Assembly (NCBI GenBank): GCA_963662285.2 | Contig: CAXXMV010000008.1 | Span: 1,248,001 to 1,312,000 of the forward strand | Length of the DNA: 64,000 nucleotides | Source: a bacterium | GTDB lineage: Bacteria > Hinthialibacterota > Hinthialibacteria > Hinthialibacterales > Hinthialibacteraceae | Direction of reading: 5' to 3' | Shown: piece by piece, positions 43,229 to 53,261 of the stretch | Numbering within the stretch: position 1 is the first letter of the stretch | Layout of the letters: each line of letters starts with the position of its first letter | The notes under the pieces: generated by a model | What the model saw: the letters and a program-made list of their open reading frames with translations, nothing else | Database searches by the model: none | Told to the model about the DNA's origin: nothing | Position numbers and translations under genes: made by a program

Positions 43229-43699
43229 ATCCCAGAATTGATTTTTCAGGGAATATTTTTTCATGGGTCCGTTGGACCTATTTTATTATTCGGGAATTTT
43301 TGGTCCTTCGGACAGATTGGATATTACCCGTCCTCTCACGAGGACGGGAGGATATATTGATTTAGTTTTTTTTTGTTTTTCTTAGCCACCACCCCACCCC
43401 TTCGGGGATGTGATGATATTAATTATTTTATGGGTTCTGTAAGTACCCCACCTAAAGGTGGGTATATATATATTTTTTTATTTAATTGTTTGATTGTTTT
43501 TTACTGCAAGCAGTTTTATATTTTTTTCTCCTTAAGGAGTTGTGATTTTGATTTCTAGGTAGGAGGGGGGGGGGTATAACCCCCAGAAATAGAAATCATC
43601 CTCTCGAAATAGCGCTGTTTTAGGGCTTTTTTTCAAGATTTGCTTATCTCAAATATTTTTTTAGTTCTAATCAATATTGAGAAAATTATTCAAAACAAA

Positions 43700-45804
43700 A
43701 TCGAGTAGGGTAAGGTAGGAAGAACACTCCTACCTTATCCCTCTCACAGAACCGTACGTACGGGCCTCGTATACGGCTCCTGTTGATTCTCCTTCGTTAG
43801 GTCGAAACAGAAATCCCGGTTTGCACAGACGCCATATCAAAAAGGCCTTGTTTCTCCAGCCACTTGTTAGGCATGGAGAGGCTGGATAGTGGGCTTGCTG
43901 CGTTTCTCCACGATCTCATTTTAATGAATTGGAATTCGCCTTTATAGCCTAACTGTCTCAGTCGGCGATGCAGCCTTTTTGGCTTTTTCCACAGACTGAG
44001 TTGTTTGGCCCTTAGGCGTCTCCTGATCCATTTCATCAAGGATTCTAACACTTTTTTGCAATTGGCGATCCTGAAATAGTTGGCGAATCCACGGATCACC
44101 GGATTCAAGTCTTTAATAACTTTTTCCAAATTGACCGGAGAATTGCGCCGGGAAATCTTTCTCACCTTTTCCTTCAATCCTTTGACCTTGTCCTCCTGGA
44201 TGCGCGTATATCTCGTGTGAATTACAACTCCAAGAAATTTCACGCCCATACTACTATGGACAATATGGGTCTTTTGCTGATTGACGGTGAGTTTTAATTC
44301 CCTTTCCAGGTGTGCTGTGGCCTGTTCGCGAGCGTTCTCCGCAGCGCTTTTCGAGCGGGTTAATATCAGGATATCGTCGGCGTAACGCACTATACGGTGG
44401 TTTCGATTTTTCATAAATTTATCGAATTCGTCCAGGTAGATATTGGCGATCAGCGGGCTGATCACTCCACCTTGCGGACTGCCCACCGTACTGGCCTGCC
44501 ATCCTTCATCCGTCATAACTCCACTCTCCAAAAACAGACGAATCAAATGCAAAATGCTTCCGTCCGTAATCCGCTTGCGAATTCCTTGAATGATGAGGTC
44601 GTGATCCAGCGTGTCAAAACATTTCGACAAATCCATGTCGACTACCCATGACAGACCGCCTTCCCGGATAAACATCGACGCTTTGGCTATTGCCTGATGG
44701 CAACTCCGTTTCGGGCGATACCCGTAACTCGACGGGTGAAACTCCGGATCGAAGATCGGTTGCATGATATTCAACAGGGTCTGTTGCACTACCCGGTCTC
44801 GGACTGCGGGAATACCGAGTTTCCTAATCCCGCCATTCGGCTTGGGAATTTCGACTCGTTTGACCGGCTGAGGCCGGTATCTCTTCTCCCTCAGTTCCTG
44901 AGACAACGTCGTGATATTCTCTTCCAAGTTATCAGCGAAATCCTCGATGGACTGCCGGTCTATTCCGGCCGCGCCTTTCGCGGATTTCACCTTCTTGAAT
45001 GCCTCGTACAAGTTTCGTTGCGACAGCATCCGATCATATAAACTGTAGTAGATTCTCACGGCGCTTGTTCCTGCGTTCCCTTCTTTCGTTTTCTGCGCTT
45101 CACTTCCGGTAATTCACTTGGGCGTAGTCGTCTTCTATCCTTCTCAGGCAATGTGCGACTACCGATCCAAGTTACTCCAGAGAGCGGCCAAGAAAAGCAG
45201 ACCACCTTTCACGGTTTACCGCTTTCCAAGAGCCCACGATGGTTTGAGCTCAGTTCCACGTTTCTTACGAGTTCCAAGAACCTTCAAATCAACTTCCTCC
45301 CTTCGCAACTGCAGCGGTTTTTGGCTCGCGGCAGCTCCCGCCGACGATGCGACAGGTCATCCCGGTTTTCTCCTCCAGTCGGTTACCCGCTTTCTCAGGC
45401 CGGGATTTCTGCACTACTACGGATTCATCTGCCACCTCACACCGCTTCGGTCCGCCTTGAGTTTCCTCTTGTACTTTCCTATCCTCTTCGGACTCGTCAT
45501 ATAATGAACCTGCCGATTGGAACGATATGAGGCTTCCCCAGTTACTGACGGTTCCCTGTCAGCAGCCCCACCCTCAATAACGTAACGGGTCTGACCAAGT
45601 ACCGGGCGTCGCGCTATTTTGCACGCTTACCCACCCGCGCCGCCGAATCAGGTTCGCTTGCGCTGTGTGCCGCTCACTTCCTATCGCTTCCTTCAGACCC
45701 CGCAGTTTCCCACAACGCCCTTGCGATTCGGATTGTCTTCCCCTTGGTCGGGGTGACGCCTGTTTCTTTCAACAGGCCGGGTTCGCCCGCTTCGCTGGGC
45801 AAAC
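43700..45804 (-). mobile_element. Group II intron, class C (IIC)
   Basis: 5' end GTTTGCCCAG directly after terminator hairpin TCCGGGG..CCCCGGA-TTTTT; domain V GAGCCGTATACGAGGCCCGTACGTACGGTTC; domain VI ending CTACTCGAT. Confidence 0.9.
43797..45059 (-). CDS. ltrA: Group II intron reverse transcriptase/maturase, no endonuclease domain
   Basis: GAAGID, RKLGIPAVRDRVVQ, SYGYRP, DLSKCFD, GSPQGGVISP, RYADD, LNPVIRGFANYF. Confidence 0.95.
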   Translation of the reverse strand: MRIYYSLYDRMLSQRNLYEAFKKVKSAKGAAGIDRQSIEDFADNLEENITTLSQELREKRYRPQPVKRVEIPKPNGGIRKLGIPAVRDRVVQQTLLNIMQPIFDPEFHPSSYGYRPKRSCHQAIAKASMFIREGGLSWVVDMDLSKCFDTLDHDLIIQGIRKRITDGSILHLIRLFLESGVMTDEGWQASTVGSPQGGVISPLIANIYLDEFDKFMKNRNHRIVRYADDILILTRSKSAAENAREQATAHLERELKLTVNQQKTHIVHSSMGVKFLGVVIHTRYTRIQEDKVKGLKEKVRKISRRNSPVNLEKVIKDLNPVIRGFANYFRIANCKKVLESLMKWIRRRLRAKQLSLWKKPKRLHRRLRQLGYKGEFQFIKMRSWRNAASPLSSLSMPNKWLEKQGLFDMASVQTGISVST

Positions 45805-45836
45805 AAAAATCCGGGGAATTTAACCCCGGAAAAAAT
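45805..45836 (-). terminator. Rho-independent terminator of the ATPase operon (intron target)
   Basis: TCCGGGG-loop-CCCCGGA stem flanked by T/A runs. Confidence 0.8.
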
Positions 45837-45873
45837 TTGCTTAGATTTTATTTACTCTAGCCAATTTCAATAG

Positions 45874-46155
45874 TCATTCGATCTCCCTTGAAGATTGCAC
45901 CGGCGCGACATCGACATACTTGGCGTCATCGATTTCTTTCAAAAAAAGAAAAATCATCAAAATCGCCATTCCAATCATCATAAGCGTAAGGATGAGCGAG
46001 GATAATCCAGGGATGGATTGTTCTTGTCTATCCATCCCCTGAAAATCACCAAATGTTTTTATGAATGGAGGTGAATAATCATTGACATTGGTGTTTTCAT
46101 TATTATCCGGTGGATAATCCGGTTCATTGGGATCGAAATTATCATGTGGATTCAT
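45874..46155 (-). CDS. Small single-pass membrane protein
   Basis: Acidic/Pro-rich N-terminus and TM segment LILTLMMIGMAILMIFLFL. Confidence 0.6.
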   Translation of the reverse strand: MNPHDNFDPNEPDYPPDNNENTNVNDYSPPFIKTFGDFQGMDRQEQSIPGLSSLILTLMMIGMAILMIFLFLKEIDDAKYVDVAPVQSSREIE

Positions 46156-46408
46156 GATCTTCATTTTTTCCATTTTCGTGAGTATCGCTGGCACTGTCAT
46201 CGCTATCCAAGAATGGAAATGGATTTTGATCTTTTCGCTGTGGTGTTGACGACATTAAAAAAGATGCGATTGCGACGATGATAATGAGAAGGATGCCGCC
46301 TTTCTCAAACGCGAAATTATTGACGCCTGGAAATACTTGTGAGCCGACTAGCGCGATTGCCATCAATGCGATAAGCATAACGGATGTTTCGTTCCAACTT
46401 TTATTCAT
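46142..46408 (-). CDS. Small two-TM membrane protein
   Basis: RBS AAGGA; two hydrophobic segments. Confidence 0.65.
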   Translation of the reverse strand: MNKSWNETSVMLIALMAIALVGSQVFPGVNNFAFEKGGILLIIIVAIASFLMSSTPQRKDQNPFPFLDSDDSASDTHENGKNEDHEST

Positions 46409-46485
46409 GTTCTTTATTCCTTTCTCGGTTTATTTGTGGTTCATCATGTAGATTGAGAAAATATTTTGTTTATCTTTTCAATCAT

Positions 46486-48516
46486 TCATGACGTTTTGGG
46501 ATTCAAAAAATTCCATAGCGCGGTCACCTCCAGCCGCCCTGCTAGAATTTCTTTTTTTAGTGATTCATTCTCTTTCAATTTCGGAGTGATTTTTTTCCGA
46601 AATTCATCGTCTTTTGTCACGCAAAAGATACGATCAGCTTTAGTCTTCACACATTCGATTAAATTACTGAAATAATTCGACTGTCCCGTCTCAAACTCAA
46701 TCGCCAAAATGGTTTCTTTATTGAACGCGCAAAGATCAATGAGATGGGAAGAAGGAGCAAGCGCAAATTCTCGTTTGACATCAAAGGCTTTGTTTTTAAA
46801 AAACTTTTCAATGCGATCAACAGCAAAAGCATGAACAAATCCGCCCTTATGGACAGGTTTGTTCAATCCGACTTTTCGCCAACCTTCTGAAGATAATTCA
46901 AAGGCCTTCCAGGGGCCAATTAATTGTTTGACCAAAATCTTTAATGATATGAGTTGTTCAACGCCTTTATTGAACGCGTCGTTACTAATCTCAAGTCGTT
47001 CTTTTAACTCACTGGAATTCAAATACGGATGATTGGCGATTTCGATAAGAATTTTCTTCGCGTTTTCACTAAATTCAGGTTTATCTTTTTCCCGTGTTTC
47101 TTTTTCTGACTGATCCTCTAATGCCGTATAATGGTATTGCTTTTTTCTTTCTTCGTTTTGTTGATCCCATTCCGGCTTATCTACAATGTCGGGATGTTCG
47201 AAGGGGAATCCCTGAAACATGACTGCGCCCTGGCTGCTAGTAGAACTAATAATAAACTGCCCCTCCTGAAGCATGGCAATCTTATTAGCATTTTCGGTTC
47301 TAATACCGAGAAGATGGGTCATAGAAATCGCCATATTAAAATTCTTGGTGTAACCGGTGATTTTGTTTTCGATCGAGGTGATGTATTTGGGATCGACACC
47401 ATCAAGCGTATGAAATGCCATAACAAAGCCGAGCTGATTTTCTCGTGTAAGATTGATTTTGTTGGCGACTGAATCGATCCGATCGCCACTGTGCTTCTCC
47501 ATAAATTCTTGGGCGTCATCAATAATAAACACCCAGAATTTTTTTTCGCGTTCGGGTAAATCCTGGTTATCCAAAATAAATCGATCAGCCAAATGAGTAA
47601 TAATTAATTTTATTTCCTTAACTTGGCCATCACCGTAGTTAACAATAGTTGGACGATCACGCATCGATTCATACATTCCCTGGCGAGCGTGAAATACTTT
47701 ATTTTGTGACCATAGACGGCGTAAAACACTCTCGGCGCTGTCAATGTATTTTTTTTGGTGGGGTTTGACTCCCGGAACCTGGTTTAAAACTTCCTGTAAA
47801 TCGCGGATAGTAGGAAAACCTTGTTTCCGGATGCGTTCTGGCGGCCATTTACACGATAATATATTGACTGCCTCCACTAGAAATCCAATGCTGTTTTGCA
47901 ATGAAAAAATCTCGTGGATGGGAGATACCGCTGCTTGAAACCAGCGAGGAAGGTTTTGATAGTTACTTGATTCAAACAAGGAAAGTCGTAGTTCATCCCA
48001 AAAAAATGTTGTGAAAATTGGGCCACGTTCTCCTACAACGTTTTCGAACTGGTTACGCTTTTTCTGGAAAATAGTCAGGTTAACGCCATGGCACAATAGT
48101 TGCATACATAGATGGCGAAGTAATGTCGATTTTCCCGCACCGGTTCCAGCAAGGATGGCCAGATGCCGTACAATATCGAAACGATTCAAGGCGCAAGGCT
48201 CTTGTGTTTTCATATCCACACCAAGAAAAATTTCTCCAAAAGTTACCGGATCATTCCTTACGATTGGACGAATGAGATTGGGATCATATCCAAAAAGATT
48301 CAATCGCTGGGCGTACTTGATAATCTTTTTGAAAATTGCCAAACTCGGTTTACGCATAAACTGCTTTGCTTTTATGAGCAAATAGTTATTATTTTTTGCC
48401 GCTGGATGGTTGATAATATTTTCAATAATCAATTTCGCTTTTTCCGCATTAAATTCATTAGGAGCACCTTCATTGTTTTGAGGGCGGGAACTATTGTTTT
48501 TATTTTGATTGGGCAT
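46486..48516 (-). CDS. HerA/FtsK/VirB4-like P-loop ATPase fused to wHTH and PD-(D/E)XK-like nuclease
   Basis: RHLAILAGTGAGKST (Walker A), FIIDDAQ (Walker B), TRENQLGFVMAFH; C-terminal H...IDL.....AIEFETG. Confidence 0.8.
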   Translation of the reverse strand: MPNQNKNNSSRPQNNEGAPNEFNAEKAKLIIENIINHPAAKNNNYLLIKAKQFMRKPSLAIFKKIIKYAQRLNLFGYDPNLIRPIVRNDPVTFGEIFLGVDMKTQEPCALNRFDIVRHLAILAGTGAGKSTLLRHLCMQLLCHGVNLTIFQKKRNQFENVVGERGPIFTTFFWDELRLSLFESSNYQNLPRWFQAAVSPIHEIFSLQNSIGFLVEAVNILSCKWPPERIRKQGFPTIRDLQEVLNQVPGVKPHQKKYIDSAESVLRRLWSQNKVFHARQGMYESMRDRPTIVNYGDGQVKEIKLIITHLADRFILDNQDLPEREKKFWVFIIDDAQEFMEKHSGDRIDSVANKINLTRENQLGFVMAFHTLDGVDPKYITSIENKITGYTKNFNMAISMTHLLGIRTENANKIAMLQEGQFIISSTSSQGAVMFQGFPFEHPDIVDKPEWDQQNEERKKQYHYTALEDQSEKETREKDKPEFSENAKKILIEIANHPYLNSSELKERLEISNDAFNKGVEQLISLKILVKQLIGPWKAFELSSEGWRKVGLNKPVHKGGFVHAFAVDRIEKFFKNKAFDVKREFALAPSSHLIDLCAFNKETILAIEFETGQSNYFSNLIECVKTKADRIFCVTKDDEFRKKITPKLKENESLKKEILAGRLEVTALWNFLNPKTS

Positions 48517-48534
48517 TTTTTCTTCTTCCTTCCT

Positions 48535-49104
48535 TTATTGATTGGTAATTCGGGGATGATTTAGGTTTTCAGTCAGGTAAGGTTTGATCGCATCCAAGCA
48601 ATCGATCTTATGCACCGCGATCAAACGATTTTGAAACGGAAGTATGATTCCGCAGTACCGGCAAACCTGGTGCATACATGCGCCACAGATTTGATGGGCT
48701 TGTGCACAATTGTTGCAATAAAGCCGTCCGCAGCAGAAACTCATTCCAACGAATTGTTTCTCCGGTTTGTGCAAAATCTTTAAACAGGTTGGACAAAAAC
48801 ATTTTGGACGAACATAGTAACGGGCTTCCCCGCCGTCATTGGTCTGAACGGTCACATGTCCGGTAATATATTCCACCCAGAAGTTATGGGAATAATAAAT
48901 GGGATATATTTCCAGGCTGCTCTCAATAATGAATTGAGGGTCCACACCATAATAATCACAGATCGCTCGAAGATGTTCTCGCTTCAGAACCAAGCGTTTG
49001 GATTGTTTCTGATGATGGGATCTTTGACTCTGGGATGACGCTTCCGCGAACGGTTGTGAGATCCACCTAAGAAAATTCTGTAAATCTTTCCAGGACATAA
49101 TCAA
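48535..49104 (-). CDS. Cys-rich zinc-finger protein
   Basis: CFCPTC, CCG..YCNNC, CGAC..VCRYC, HKIDC. Confidence 0.7.
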   Translation of the reverse strand: MIMSWKDLQNFLRWISQPFAEASSQSQRSHHQKQSKRLVLKREHLRAICDYYGVDPQFIIESSLEIYPIYYSHNFWVEYITGHVTVQTNDGGEARYYVRPKCFCPTCLKILHKPEKQFVGMSFCCGRLYCNNCAQAHQICGACMHQVCRYCGIILPFQNRLIAVHKIDCLDAIKPYLTENLNHPRITNQ

Positions 49105-49395
49105 TCTCCCTTTTCTAAAAAATAATTATCTACTGTCATAGATAGAAAATTTTCAAGAGATTTTTCTTTTTCAAATTATTTTTTATCGATTTTTTTTACA
49201 TGAAGATGTATGACTAACGCAAATATATAATTTTTGATTACAGAGGATTATAAATTTTTGATCCTAAGTTGAGTCAATATTTTAATTAAAACTACCTACC
49301 AAAAATTTTCTTCTATATTTTTTCCATTAATTCTGCAAAAAATCATTAAAACATCCTATCTATAGAGACAACAGCATTAGACAACATTCATTTCT

Positions 49396-49983
49396 ATGAA
49401 GGGAGTAATTATTACCATGTCTCAATCCCCAGAAACAATGAACCAAAGCAATCAAGCTCAGTCGATGGATGAAACGATCGAGCAACTTAAAAAAGCAAAA
49501 GAAATGCTCGAATCAAGTTCATCCAGTGATGATTCAGAGGACGAGAAAGCGAGTCTTGATGAGAAAGCGCTTCTATCATTAATCGATTGCTTACTCAAAG
49601 TGTGCAGTCACGTTCGTCTATCGGGACGCGCATTTCTTTCCGTAGCCAATTCACTGCATAAGATCGCCAATTTATCGTCGCCAAAATCGAAAAAACGAGT
49701 TGCGATTGAAGGAATTTTATCCGTACAACTCGCTTCGTTGGGTATGTTGGGATTTGAAACTATAGGCAGTGATGAATGGGAAGGCTCTGAATTGGATCTA
49801 TCCTGCCAACGCGTCCTTGAAAAACTGCCCGCAAATTCCAAGCGACCGCACAAAACTATCGTGAAATTTGAATCTTATGGGTTGAAATTAAACGGCTTGA
49901 TGATTTCACCTGCCGAGGTTGTCGCCGCCATAGATAAAGCTACGCCAAAGGAGAATGAAAACAATGACAATGACTCAGATTAA
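49396..49983 (+). CDS. Divergent GrpE-like protein
   Basis: LGFETI..GSELD..TIVKFESYGLKLNGLMISPAEVV matches the GrpE head domain. Confidence 0.7.
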   Translation: MKGVIITMSQSPETMNQSNQAQSMDETIEQLKKAKEMLESSSSSDDSEDEKASLDEKALLSLIDCLLKVCSHVRLSGRAFLSVANSLHKIANLSSPKSKKRVAIEGILSVQLASLGMLGFETIGSDEWEGSELDLSCQRVLEKLPANSKRPHKTIVKFESYGLKLNGLMISPAEVVAAIDKATPKENENNDNDSD

Positions 49984-51565
49984 TCAACTCAAACGTTTCA
50001 AAAAAGGTGAGTTTCCTGTTGATCCTTATACTTGCTTTCTTGCCTTTGATTTTGGAAATTCCTCAACCAAGGTAATTCTTGTAAAGATACTTGAGAGCGG
50101 AGAAATCCTCTATCGTTTAGTCTTAGTTGATGGGTGTGAAACCTGCCCAAGCAAAGCCGTGGTGGGACCGGACAATGATTTAGTATTTGGATTAGAGGCA
50201 GTCAATTATATATTGACCGAAATAGTCGCATCGTACTCTGTTGGCAAGGATCAACTAGATCAACCCAATCAACCGAGCATTAGTACAATCGTTGATGCGA
50301 AAGATGCGAAAGATGCGAAAATTTTCAGGTCGCATGATGTTTATCGAAAGTACATAGCGTTTATTTTCGACAAAGTTAGCCAATCTATCGATTATCTGGC
50401 GTATTTGCTTCCTCTTTTCGTTTCGTGCCCCGCAAATTTCTCTTCACGGCAAAAAGGGATTTTTCTTGATACTTTGAAAAAATGTGGATGCGAAAATATC
50501 CTGGGATTAGAAAACGAACCGACTCAGGCATTCAAAAAAATTATCACACAAGAAAATATTCATGGAAATATTCTCATTTATGATATGGGAGGAGGGACAA
50601 CAGATGTTACTCTTGGTTATTATGATCCAGTAAAAAACGAATTTTCCATTCTTGAATCGCAAGCCTGTTCGATCGCTGGACATGATTTCACGCATATCAT
50701 TACCAATGAAGTTATCCAGAGACTTTTTCAAGGTGAGTCAATAGATCCATGTGTGAATACAAAGATTTTTTATGAAGCCGAAGCCGCCAAGGAATTTCTT
50801 TCTGAAAACATAAACGCTCCCATGTTGCTTCCGTATGGAAAGGATATTATTCCATTCGAATTTAGCCGTGATCTTTTTGAGTCGCTCTCAGCCGAAAAAC
50901 AAAGCAAAATTCTGAGTGAAATAGACCGGGTAATTAATGCGGGAAAACTCAATCATTCTCAGATTGATTTTGTCGTCATCACTGGTGGAGCGACTCTGAC
51001 TCCTTTTGTGCGCCGAGAAATCACGCAACATCTGCCTAACGCCCGGCCAATCTACAGTCATGCTCCATTATTCGATGTTGTTCAGGGAAACGCGATCTCA
51101 GGAGTGCATGTCCTTCAGCAAGAAAAGCAGCTAATTCTAAGTGGAATGTACTTGTCCCCTCCGAAAGTACGCAATATTCTTAATCACGATATAAGTATAG
51201 TAGTAACTAACTCCAGTGAAGAATACAAACGTCGCAATTTTTTGCTCATTCCCCAAAAAAAAGAACTTCCTGCTCAGGCTTCTATTTCAAGATTTTGCCC
51301 ACTATATGAAGGGCAAACTGAAGCCCATATACAAATAACAAAAGGGCTTCCTAATTCGGAATACGATCCTAAGGATCTGATTGGTGAAGCGGTTATCCCG
51401 CTCACTCCCGGCAACCTAAAACGAAAAGAACAGGTTGAAATTATCCCGTCCATCGACGAATCCAACGTTGTGACCATTATCGCTCGTGATTTTCTCTCTC
51501 CCAATCCAGAGGATCACGAAATCGTCATCAAACTTGACTATCTTTTGGAGGAAACAGCCGATTAA
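49955..51565 (+). CDS. Divergent Hsp70-family protein
   Basis: AFDFGNS, CPANF, NEPTQA, YDMGGGTTDVT, AEAAKEFLS, ITGGAT..P; the substrate-binding domain is present but there is no lid. Confidence 0.88.
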   Translation: MKTMTMTQINQLKRFKKGEFPVDPYTCFLAFDFGNSSTKVILVKILESGEILYRLVLVDGCETCPSKAVVGPDNDLVFGLEAVNYILTEIVASYSVGKDQLDQPNQPSISTIVDAKDAKDAKIFRSHDVYRKYIAFIFDKVSQSIDYLAYLLPLFVSCPANFSSRQKGIFLDTLKKCGCENILGLENEPTQAFKKIITQENIHGNILIYDMGGGTTDVTLGYYDPVKNEFSILESQACSIAGHDFTHIITNEVIQRLFQGESIDPCVNTKIFYEAEAAKEFLSENINAPMLLPYGKDIIPFEFSRDLFESLSAEKQSKILSEIDRVINAGKLNHSQIDFVVITGGATLTPFVRREITQHLPNARPIYSHAPLFDVVQGNAISGVHVLQQEKQLILSGMYLSPPKVRNILNHDISIVVTNSSEEYKRRNFLLIPQKKELPAQASISRFCPLYEGQTEAHIQITKGLPNSEYDPKDLIGEAVIPLTPGNLKRKEQVEIIPSIDESNVVTIIARDFLSPNPEDHEIVIKLDYLLEETAD

Positions 51566-51651
51566 ATTTCCGGCCCGAATGCCGTCCGGTGAATCCTTCA
51601 ATTCGCCGGACGTGATGCGAGTCAGAAGAATATTCATTAACAAGAGAAAAA

Positions 51652-52440
51652 ATGAATCCTATATACACCATAACAGATATTCAAATCGCGTTGCAAGTCT
51701 TACGATTTAAGCCGACCGATATCCCCATCGATCCGGCGAAAATTAAGCGGCAAAAATCAGTATGTGTCAATATAATTTCTAGCGATTTTGCGAATGTCAA
51801 TCGCGCCTCTGGAGAGTGGGCGAACAAACAAAAAGAACTGAATGTTGCTTGCGCCATTCTGAATTCCACTTTCACTGTGATCAATGAGAATCCAGACAGT
51901 TATTTTAAAGATCAACCTTGCGCGGATTCTGCTACGCCGCGATCGAATTCTTCTCCGAATTATCAGCGGCCAAATCCAGAATACAACAATCCCCAGAACA
52001 CATCATACGCATATACGCAACCTCAACATGCTCCTCCATTTGAACCAGCTAGTGAGCATTATCAAGACCGAAGGATCATGCTGGCTGCTTCCATCTTTGT
52101 AACAATGATTCTTCTTATCGTTATGGTCTTGTTCAGGCAGCCTTCTGAACCGAAATATGGCTACCTTTATGTCGAAACAATCTTTTCGGAAAAATTTAAT
52201 TCAAAAATGTGGACTTATTTCTCTATCTATAAGAGTGGATTGCGTGGACAGCACGTAAATGACGCCGAGAGCAATCCGGTCGATCCGATCAGATTGCCTG
52301 TCGGCGCATATACATTGGTATTGCGCATCAAGCCAAATCCCTTGCGAATTAAAAACGTCAAGGTTCAACCCAATAAAGTAACACATATCGCCATTCGCGA
52401 TGATCAATATCAATCGAAATATGAGGAGATCAGACCATGA
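51652..52440 (+). CDS. Membrane protein with degenerate J-like domain (no HPD) and extracytoplasmic beta domain
   Basis: ALQVL..IKRQ..IISSD..KELNVACAIL; TM helix; C-terminal LPVGAYTL..VKVQPNKVT. Confidence 0.55.
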   Translation: MNPIYTITDIQIALQVLRFKPTDIPIDPAKIKRQKSVCVNIISSDFANVNRASGEWANKQKELNVACAILNSTFTVINENPDSYFKDQPCADSATPRSNSSPNYQRPNPEYNNPQNTSYAYTQPQHAPPFEPASEHYQDRRIMLAASIFVTMILLIVMVLFRQPSEPKYGYLYVETIFSEKFNSKMWTYFSIYKSGLRGQHVNDAESNPVDPIRLPVGAYTLVLRIKPNPLRIKNVKVQPNKVTHIAIRDDQYQSKYEEIRP

Positions 52441-53228
52441 ATAAGATTATTTCCCCAATCCTTCTAACAATCGCAATCATGATGAACACAGGATGTGTGA
52501 TAGTGCCAATCGCTGCTGCCGGTGCTGTTGGATTTCTTGGTGTCGCCATGCACGAACAAGGTAATTCAAATCCTGTGAAAAAGAAACGTTCATCCAATAA
52601 CAAACCGTCTCGTTCCGATGAATTAACGGAATTTAGAATCGTGTCAAGCGAAACGCCATCATACGCAGATCGTCCGGTAGGAACGCAAATACCAAAAGCG
52701 CAGCTTGCAAACATCACAACACTCAAGCCAGTTCAACCACCAGCGGCAAAGAGAAAATTCTCATCCGATTTGAGTTTATTAGAATCCCGTGAAACCAACG
52801 GATGGACGTCTCCAACGAATATTTCATTTGAAGCAGATCCACCAGTCTCTCATAAAACAAACAGTCAGATTGATTACTCTGATGACTCGAATGTGAATGT
52901 ATTTTCACAAGAAGATAGACGAAGCGATCTCTTACAAGCAGAAGAAGATAGAACCAATTTACGTGAAGCCGTTCAGTTGTTTAAGCAGTTCAAGTATGAC
53001 GCTGCCTGTCAGTTACTTGAACGAATCGATCAGCAATTTCTTTCAAACCATGAAAAGGAGGAAACCTTGTTTTACCTTGCTCTTACATCTTTGAAATTGC
53101 GTGAAAAACGAATGGCGCAAAGGTGGTTTTCACTTCTTATTGAAGAAAATCCCCACATTTTATCTTCACCATTAGCGAGGGATTTATCGCCATCGCAAAT
53201 CAGTTTTTTCAAACAAATGTTGTATTAA
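52437..53228 (+). CDS. Lipoprotein with C-terminal TPR
   Basis: Lipobox NTGC; AVQLFKQFKYDAA..LFYLA..AQRWF..LIEENP. Confidence 0.7.
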   Translation: MNKIISPILLTIAIMMNTGCVIVPIAAAGAVGFLGVAMHEQGNSNPVKKKRSSNNKPSRSDELTEFRIVSSETPSYADRPVGTQIPKAQLANITTLKPVQPPAAKRKFSSDLSLLESRETNGWTSPTNISFEADPPVSHKTNSQIDYSDDSNVNVFSQEDRRSDLLQAEEDRTNLREAVQLFKQFKYDAACQLLERIDQQFLSNHEKEETLFYLALTSLKLREKRMAQRWFSLLIEENPHILSSPLARDLSPSQISFFKQMLY

Positions 53229-53261
53229 TTAAAACCAATCACAAGACAAAGGAGCATCGAC

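Noticed and set aside
43797-45059. RT as retron, DGR or defence RT partnered with the hairpin array
   Set aside because: It lies within a complete group IIC intron with domains V/VI and a maturase domain; proximity to the array is explained by terminator targeting.
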